From: a virus
Lineage: Duplodnaviria > Heunggongvirae > Uroviricota > Caudoviricetes
Reading direction: 5' to 3' (one strand)
DNA: 4,226 bases
IMG/VR virus record: IMGVR_UViG_3300001919_000205
Shown: in pieces, positions 1 through 4,226 of the stretch
Layout: each line of letters begins with the position of its first letter
Numbering within the stretch: position 1 is the stretch's first letter
Made by a program: the position numbers and the translations under genes
The notes under the pieces: model-generated
Seen by the model: the letters and a program-made list of their open reading frames with translations, nothing else
What the model was told of the DNA's origin: nothing
The model's database searches: none

Positions 1-25
1 AATGCCCCTGCGGGGGCATTTATGG
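1..25 (+). terminator. Possible intrinsic terminator hairpin for an upstream gene outside the window
   Basis: Perfect 8-bp inverted repeat AATGCCCC (1-8) / GGGGCATT (13-20) with a 4-nt loop TGCG, followed by a T-containing tail (TATGG). The U-tract is short, so strength is uncertain. Confidence 0.35.
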
Positions 26-115
26 AAACGTAATTAACTCAATAATCACCGGATGGTGAGAGCTTCCTTTTAGCAGAATTCAGCGCGGTGCAGCGCATAT
101 AAAGTGGAGAACGAA

Positions 116-652
116 ATGTCATTTATTAAAACTTTTTCCGGGAAGCATTTTTATTATGACAAGATAAATAAAGACGACATCGTGATTAACGATATCGCAG
201 TTTCCCTTTCAAATATCTGTCGCTTTGCAGGACATCTTTCACACTTCTACAGCGTCGCCCAGCATGCGGTGCTTTGCAGCCAGCTGGTACCGCAGGAATT
301 TGCTTTTGAAGCGTTAATGCATGATGCAACAGAAGCATATTGCCAAGACATCCCCGCTCCACTGAAACGCCTTCTTCCTGACTATAAACGGATGGAAGAA
401 AAAATAGATGCCGTAATCCGTGAGAAATACGGGTTACCCCCGGTTATGAGCACGCCTGTGAAATATGCCGATCTCATCATGCTGGCAACCGAACGCCGCG
501 ATCTCGGGCTTGATGATGGCTCTTTCTGGCCTGTACTGGAAGGCATCCCGGCAACAGAGATGTTCAACGTGATTCCACTGGCACCGGGCCATGCCTACGG
601 GATGTTTATGGAACGTTTTAACGAGTTATCGGAGTTACGCAAATGCGCATGA
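116..652 (+). CDS. yfdR: HD-domain phosphohydrolase, YfbR/YfdR-family 5'-deoxynucleotidase (CPS-53 prophage YfdR-like), 178 aa
   Basis: ORF track 104..652 uses a GTG at 104; the ATG at 116 (MSFIKTF...) sits behind GGAG (106-109) with a 6-nt spacer. Protein carries the HD motif ...EALMHDATEAYCQDIPAPLK..., closely resembling YfbR (HDASEVLTGDLPTPVK) as I recall it. The 178-aa length matches E. coli K-12 YfdR as I recall it. Confidence 0.85.
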   Translation: MSFIKTFSGKHFYYDKINKDDIVINDIAVSLSNICRFAGHLSHFYSVAQHAVLCSQLVPQEFAFEALMHDATEAYCQDIPAPLKRLLPDYKRMEEKIDAVIREKYGLPPVMSTPVKYADLIMLATERRDLGLDDGSFWPVLEGIPATEMFNVIPLAPGHAYGMFMERFNELSELRKCA

Positions 653-1005
653 ATGTTTTCGAAATGGAAGGGTTTCTTCGCGGGAAATGTGTACCGCGAG
701 ATCTGAAAGTGAACGAAACAAATGCTGAGTACCTGGTACGTAAATTCGATGCGCTTGAAGCTAAATGTGCGGCACTGGAAAACAAAATAATACCAGTGTC
801 AGCTGAACTGCCACCAGCAAATGAAAGTGTTCTGTTATTTGATGCTAACGGAGAAGGCTGGCTAATTGGCTGGCGTTCTCTCTGGTACACCTGGGGACAA
901 AAAGAAACCGGAGAATGGCAGTGGACATTTCAGGTCGGGGACCTTGAAAACGTCAATATCACTCACTGGGCAGTAATGCCAAAAGCACCGGAGGCTGGAG
1001 CATAA
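643..1005 (+). CDS. yfdS: YfdS-like prophage protein, 120 aa (DUF551 family as I recall)
   Basis: ORF 643..1005 with GGAG (631-634) 8 nt upstream of ATG 643. Overlaps the yfdR stop (650-652), indicating translational coupling. Size (120 aa) and position after yfdR match the K-12 CPS-53 order yfdR-yfdS-yfdT as I recall it. Trp-rich C-terminal half (WLIGWRSLWYTWGQKETGEWQW). Confidence 0.75.
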   Translation: MRMNVFEMEGFLRGKCVPRDLKVNETNAEYLVRKFDALEAKCAALENKIIPVSAELPPANESVLLFDANGEGWLIGWRSLWYTWGQKETGEWQWTFQVGDLENVNITHWAVMPKAPEAGA

Positions 1006-1903
1006 TGACCACATTTACCAATAAAGAACTGATTAAAGAAATCAAAGAACGAATCAGCAGCCTAGAGGTTCGAGACGATATTGAGCGCCGTGCTTATGAA
1101 ATTGCTCTGGCATCGCTGGAAGCAGAGCCTGTAGCGGAATGCATTGTTGAAGATGGGGGGATGTGTATTGACGGGTTCGGTGAGTATGTGGGTCACTCGC
1201 TACCTGATGGAACGCACCAGCTTTACACCGCCCCGCCGGCGCAGGTAGTGACGGATGAAATGTATTGGCAGGATGCGCCAGTTGAAGGCAGCAGCAAAGC
1301 GGCTGCATACGCTACAGGCTGGAACGCCTGCCGCGCTGCCATGCTCTATGGTGCCGTACCTGCAAGCAAGGCTTACAAGTTGCCACAAACGCAGTTTAAA
1401 CAGGTTGCTGACCTCTACGAAATGCAATTTGATGACGGTCGCACTTGTGCCTTTCACACTGANNNNNNNNNNNNNNNNNNNNNNNNNNNNNNNNNNNNNN
1501 NNNNNNNNNNNNNNNNNNNNNNNNNNNNNNNNNNNTTCACACTGATGCGCAAAAGGCTGTGCAATGGCTTCAGGCGTGCGACGGAAACAGGGTTCAGGAA
1601 TACGTTAAGCTGGAACGATTGCAGAACGCACTGTCTGGCAACTCTCCGGTAACTCCGGATGGTTGGGTTATGGTGCCGAAGAGACTAACAGCCGAGAACG
1701 GCGCTAAGGGGGCGCTATCCGGTGAATTTTCAGAAACTACGTTTATAAGCTGCCTGGAATGCTTTGGCGATGATGATTGCGATACCTGTGACGGGAGCGG
1801 ACGTATTGAAATTAAAGTGCCAGTCACGTGGTCGACCATAAAATCTATCTGGGATAAAGGTATCGAGTATTTTGCAGCAAAACCATCACAAGAGGTGAAG
1901 TGA
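1005..1903 (+). CDS. Hypothetical prophage protein (YfdT-position), ~271 aa if the gap is collapsed; C-terminal CxxC...CxxCxGxG zinc-finger-like motif
   Basis: ATG at 1005 overlaps the yfdS stop (TAATG). Frame-0 ORF runs into the N run at 1463; an open frame resumes after the gap in frame 2 and ends at TGA 1901-1903. Removing the gap and one copy of the flanking 10-bp repeat joins the two halves in frame (...CAFHTD|AQKAVQWLQ...). C-terminus has CLECFGDDDCDTCDGSGRIE, resembling DnaJ-type CxxCxGxG repeats. Confidence 0.6.
1463..1535. other. 73-nt run of N (assembly/scaffold gap or masked segment) flanked by a 10-bp direct repeat
   Basis: N at 1463-1535. The sequence ttcacactga occurs immediately before (1453-1462) and immediately after (1536-1545) the run. 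Confidence 0.95.
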
Positions 1904-2475
1904 TGAACAACTTAATGATCGACCTTGAGACGATGGGGAAAAATAAGGATGCACCGATCGTTTCCATTGGCGCGGTGTTCTTCACTCCAGAAACCGGAGA
2001 CATCGGACAAGAATTCTATACGGTTGTTAGCCTGGACAGTGCTATGAAGCAAGGAGCTACACCTGACGGCGATACCATCCTGTGGTGGTTGAAACAGAGC
2101 TCTGAAGCACGAGCTGCAATCTGTATTGATGATACTTTGTCGATCAGCGATGCACTCTCTGAACTGAGCCATTTCATTAATCAGCATGCAGACAATACAA
2201 AATATTTAAAAGTCTGGGGTAACGGGGCCACCTTCGACAACGTAATTTTACGTGGAGCTTACGAGCGAGCAGGACAAATCTGCCCGTGGGCATACTGGAA
2301 TGACCACGATGTACGCACGATCGTTACGCTTGGGCGTTCCATCGGATTCGACCCCAAAATGGACATGCCTTTCGATGGCGAACGGCACAACGCCCTGGCC
2401 GATGCCCGTCATCAGGCAAAATATGTTTCCGCTATCTGGCAGAAATTAATTCCTGCCACCAGCACAGAATTATGA
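1903..2475 (+). CDS. DnaQ-like DEDDh 3'-5' exonuclease, 190 aa
   Basis: ATG 1903 overlaps the upstream stop (TGATG); GAGG at 1892-1895. Exo I motif MIDLET (D-x-E), Exo II WGNGATFDNVIL, Exo III H-x4-D (ERHNALADARHQAKY), typical of DEDDh exonucleases. ORF track start 1900 is a GTG 3 nt upstream. Confidence 0.85.
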   Translation: MNNLMIDLETMGKNKDAPIVSIGAVFFTPETGDIGQEFYTVVSLDSAMKQGATPDGDTILWWLKQSSEARAAICIDDTLSISDALSELSHFINQHADNTKYLKVWGNGATFDNVILRGAYERAGQICPWAYWNDHDVRTIVTLGRSIGFDPKMDMPFDGERHNALADARHQAKYVSAIWQKLIPATSTEL

Positions 2476-2511
2476 TTTTCCCAGGTGCAGCCGGTTTTGA
2501 TGGAGAAAATT

Positions 2512-2784
2512 ATGAACACCTTGTTTTTACTGATGGCTGAATTCAATACCCCTAACATTGAACTCTCAGCAGTTAGTCAAAAATACTTTGGTATGAGTCC
2601 AGCCACAGCAGAAGCAAAAGCAAACGCTTGTAAGTTGCCTGTACCTACATATCGCATCGGTACATCACAAAAAGCAAAACGCTGCATCAACATTCAGGAT
2701 CTTGCGGAATATATTGACAAAAGACGGGAAGAAGGGCGAGCTGAGTGGGAAAAAGTCAGAACGGAAAAACAAAAATATAACTAA
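2512..2784 (+). CDS. PrtN-family small DNA-binding protein (pyocin-activator PrtN-like; excisionase/regulator-like), 90 aa
   Basis: ORF 2485..2784; preferred start is ATG 2512 (MNTLFLLMAEF...) behind GGAG (2502-2505) with a 6-nt spacer. The MNTLFLLMA... opening and ~90-aa basic C-terminus resemble the PrtN family as I recall it. Followed by a terminator. Confidence 0.7.
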   Translation: MNTLFLLMAEFNTPNIELSAVSQKYFGMSPATAEAKANACKLPVPTYRIGTSQKAKRCINIQDLAEYIDKRREEGRAEWEKVRTEKQKYN

Positions 2785-2800
2785 ACTAAAACTATGGATA

Positions 2801-2831
2801 ACCCGTATATGTACGGGTTATTTTTCTTTAT
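2801..2831. terminator. Bidirectional intrinsic terminator between convergent operons
   Basis: Hairpin ACCCGTA (2801-2807) / TACGGGT (2812-2818) with loop TATG, followed on + strand by T-rich tract TATTTTTCTTT (2819-2829). The stop codon of the - strand gene (2818-2820) abuts the stem. Confidence 0.7.
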
Positions 2832-3366
2832 CACTATCTTTTCTTGATTTGAACAATCCACTAACAACGAAACCAACCAAACCAACAATACTAATTGTAC
2901 TTGTACCTAGTAATGCAACGATCGCTTCAACTGGAGGCTTTCCTTCATGTGCAATAAGAAACGATGTAAACATTGCGACAACGAATAAGCACCAACACGA
3001 CATAAACCAAACCGTGAATGAGGCCATTTTTGTCCGAAGCTCATTGTCTATTTCTTTACCAGTTGCGTCAGCTATCTTATCCCGTACTTGTGATTTGAGC
3101 ATATCAAGCTGAGCTTGAAGACTGTCCATTCTGTTCTGCTGCATAAACTCATGCAATGCACCAGTATTAGAACCAAACTCTTCTGCCTCCAGAATAGCTT
3201 TATTTTCTGAAGAAGAATCATCGTCGCTCTCATGATTAGACGGCTCAAATGCAGATTTAAAAACCTGTTCTTGACTGTCAGTAGAGTTTAAGGATGCTTC
3301 AGAGCGACCATTTTCAACACCTGCGGCCGCTCCGATAAGTTTATAAATATCTGAATTGTGAGACAT
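2818..3366 (-). CDS. Putative membrane effector/toxin: acidic N-terminal region, predicted amphipathic helix, C-terminal 2-TM hairpin, 182 aa
   Basis: ORF 2818..3366 (-), ATG at 3366 lying 21 nt downstream of the Panacea gene stop, with AGGGA upstream. Hydrophobic segments SFTVWFMSCWCLFVVAMFTSFLIA and AIVALLGTSTISIVGLVGFVVSGLF separated by HEGKPPVE; basic C-tail KSRKDSDKEK. N-terminus is acidic and Ser-rich (ESDDDSSSENKAILEAEEF) followed by QAQLDMLKSQVRDKIADATGKEIDNELRTK. No recognised family. Confidence 0.75.
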   Translation of the reverse strand: MSHNSDIYKLIGAAAGVENGRSEASLNSTDSQEQVFKSAFEPSNHESDDDSSSENKAILEAEEFGSNTGALHEFMQQNRMDSLQAQLDMLKSQVRDKIADATGKEIDNELRTKMASFTVWFMSCWCLFVVAMFTSFLIAHEGKPPVEAIVALLGTSTISIVGLVGFVVSGLFKSRKDSDKEK

Positions 3367-3387
3367 GTCATCCCTGAATATTACTTT

Positions 3388-3861
3388 TCAGAGGCCCTGA
3401 CATTGCTGTCGGTTATTCAATAAATCATGATAATAAGCCTTGATCGCATCATTTGAGATGATTGACGAGCCAATACCATTATAAGCTTGTGACCAAGGCG
3501 TACCTGGCATATGAGTTAGAGTTGATAACTCAATTCCATTTTTCGAGCCGTAAAACTTATAAACAGCCCCGATAATGCTCTCTGCTTGCGGATCCATAGT
3601 AACGATGCCACCAAAAGGAGCTACTGCTACATTCGTAACAGGTTTATTCCCATAGTCTTTGAAAGCATCGTACATTCCAGGAATAACTGGACCGTACTTC
3701 CACGCGGAGACACATTCATTGAGCAAAGGCTTACCTGTTAATGCTAAATAGTAACCATGGGCAATATAAGTAAGCTTCTGCAGTTGCATGTGGGTCAGAG
3801 GATTATGATGTTGGTTTCCCAACGTTATGAATTTATTGGCTATTTGTACCGGACTGTACAT
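3388..3861 (-). CDS. Panacea-domain (DUF4065) protein, putative antitoxin/immunity component (PanA-like), 157 aa
   Basis: ORF track 3388..3876; preferred start is ATG at 3861 (MYSPVQIANKF...) preceded by a perfect AGGAGG (complement of 3868-3873) with a 6-nt spacer. The track's ATG at 3876 overlaps that SD. Motifs LTHMQLQKLTYIAHGYYLA...PLLNECVSAWKYGPVIPGMYDAFKDYG match the Panacea/DUF4065 signature (LT..KLQKLLY.AQG...AW..GPV...Y) as I recall it. Confidence 0.8.
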   Translation of the reverse strand: MYSPVQIANKFITLGNQHHNPLTHMQLQKLTYIAHGYYLALTGKPLLNECVSAWKYGPVIPGMYDAFKDYGNKPVTNVAVAPFGGIVTMDPQAESIIGAVYKFYGSKNGIELSTLTHMPGTPWSQAYNGIGSSIISNDAIKAYYHDLLNNRQQCQGL

Positions 3862-3984
3862 AACCACCCTCCTCATTACACTGAATGTGCAAACAGTATC
3901 ATCACTGTTATCTCAACCTAACACGAACAAAAAAGTTTTGGAAGATTGCAAGAGCAATTCACTGTGTTTATAACCAGCAAATGA

Positions 3985-4000
3985 CTGTACATATACACAG
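3985..4000. promoter_or_regulatory. LexA-box-like operator (SOS box) CTGT-N8-ACAG
   Basis: CTGTACATATACACAG at 3985-4000: perfect CTGT / ACAG half-sites with an 8-nt AT-rich spacer (consensus CTGT-(AT)4-ACAG). It lies ~12-27 nt downstream of the predicted - strand TSS. A weaker adjacent match CTGTGTTTATAACCAG sits at 3962-3977. Confidence 0.45.
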
Positions 4001-4018
4001 GTTACAAATTGGTGGCGA

Positions 4019-4046
4019 ATTATACCTGCAGAAGTTGCGATGTCAA
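4019..4046 (-). promoter_or_regulatory. Consensus sigma70 promoter for the - strand Panacea/2-TM operon
   Basis: On the - strand: TTGACA (complement of 4041-4046), 16-nt spacer, TATAAT (complement of 4019-4024). Both hexamers match consensus exactly. Predicted TSS ~4012, giving a ~150-nt leader to the ATG at 3861. Confidence 0.6.
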
Positions 4047-4147
4047 CAAAGCGACCATCACAGTGTTTTGCATCTGACACTGTTATGACAAAAAATCTTT
4101 TGATAGGTTCCCAATAGGCTCCCACAAAACACATAACCAATTGTTTT

Positions 4148-4226
4148 TCAAAAACGATACATCCTATCGAGCATTGGTGCAACGCTAAACCGACCACTCC
4201 AGTGAACGTCAGTTTTTTCAGGCATT
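4148..4226 (-). pseudogene. dusA: Orphaned 5' fragment of host dusA (tRNA-dihydrouridine synthase A) truncated at the prophage att junction
   Basis: Reading the - strand from 4225: ATG CCT GAA AAA ACT GAC GTT CAC TGG AGT GGT CGG TTT AGC GTT GCA CCA ATG CTC GAT = MPEKTDVHWSGRFSVAPMLD, then RMYRF and TGA (4150-4148). The peptide matches the DusA N-terminal region with the Dus-family APM.D motif as I recall it; native DusA continues ...LDWTDRHCRYF. Similarity is lost below ~4165. Confidence 0.55.

Noticed and set aside
104-115. GTG at 104 (ORF-track start of the HD gene) and GTG at 1900, GTG at 2485, ATG at 3876 as alternative starts
   Set aside because: In each case a downstream ATG has a better-placed Shine-Dalgarno (116, 1903, 2512, 3861). 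The 3876 ATG overlaps the AGGAGG itself, and the 116 start gives the 178-aa length recalled for YfdR.
26-115. Possible sigma70 promoter for the + strand operon (TTAGCA near 70-75, TATAAA near 98-103)
   Set aside because: Spacer is about 22 nt and the -10 candidate overlaps the RBS region. The operon is more likely transcribed from upstream of the window.
382-2449. Several ORFs antisense or out of frame to the + strand operon (382..567 -, 618..890 -, 1054..1308 -, 1200..1457 -, 1255..1545 +, 1594..1839 -, 1912..2187 -, 2252..2449 +)
   Set aside because: Each lies entirely within a better-supported CDS with a recognisable domain; translations are Pro/Arg/Ser/Cys-rich as expected for shadow frames. 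The 1255..1545 ORF also ends in the N run.
2702-3112. 136-aa ORF on the + strand
   Set aside because: Starts inside the PrtN-like gene in another frame, runs through the terminator hairpin and is antisense to the 2-TM gene; low-complexity translation (K/N/T/S-rich). Shadow ORF.
4060-4083. CACAGTG/CACTGTG heptamers resembling V(D)J recombination signal sequences
   Set aside because: Coincidental resemblance in a bacterial prophage; treated only as a generic inverted repeat.
3885-4088. 67-aa ORF on the + strand (MCKQYHHCYLNL...)
   Set aside because: Antisense to the operon leader and promoter, no convincing RBS, His/Cys/Gln-rich low-plausibility composition.
3913-4197. 94-aa ORF on the - strand (MVGLALHQCSIGCIVFEK...)
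   Set aside because: It overlaps the consensus promoter, the LexA-box-like site and the dusA fragment in another frame, has no SD and an odd Cys/Phe/His-rich composition. More likely a chance ORF in a regulatory region.
1-4226. CRISPR arrays, tRNA/rRNA genes, IS elements
   Set aside because: No regularly spaced direct repeats, no tRNA-like cloverleaf sequence and no transposase-like ORF or terminal inverted repeats were seen. The only mobile-element signal is the prophage/att context itself.

Overview
This window reads as the distal (non-integrase) end of a CPS-53/KplE1-like lambdoid prophage or prophage remnant that appears to be integrated into the 5' end of host dusA. On the + strand there is a tightly coupled early-region operon: a YfdR-like HD-domain 5'-deoxynucleotidase, a YfdS-like protein, a ~271-aa Cys-motif protein interrupted by a 73-nt N run, a DEDDh 3'-5' exonuclease and a PrtN-family small DNA-binding protein, ending at a hairpin terminator. 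Convergent to it on the - strand is a two-gene cargo module that looks like the candidate novel system: a stand-alone Panacea-domain (DUF4065) protein followed by a protein with an acidic N-terminal region and a C-terminal two-helix transmembrane hairpin. This module sits behind a consensus sigma70 promoter (TTGACA-16-TATAAT) with a LexA-box-like CTGT-N8-ACAG immediately downstream, so it may be SOS-inducible. The last ~80 nt encode, on the - strand, a peptide (MPEKTDVHWSGRFSVAPMLD...) that matches the DusA N-terminal motif and then hits a stop, which I interpret as the orphaned host dusA 5' end at the att junction. All calls are from reading the sequence and the ORF track; no searches were run, and family assignments rest on recognised motifs recalled from memory.
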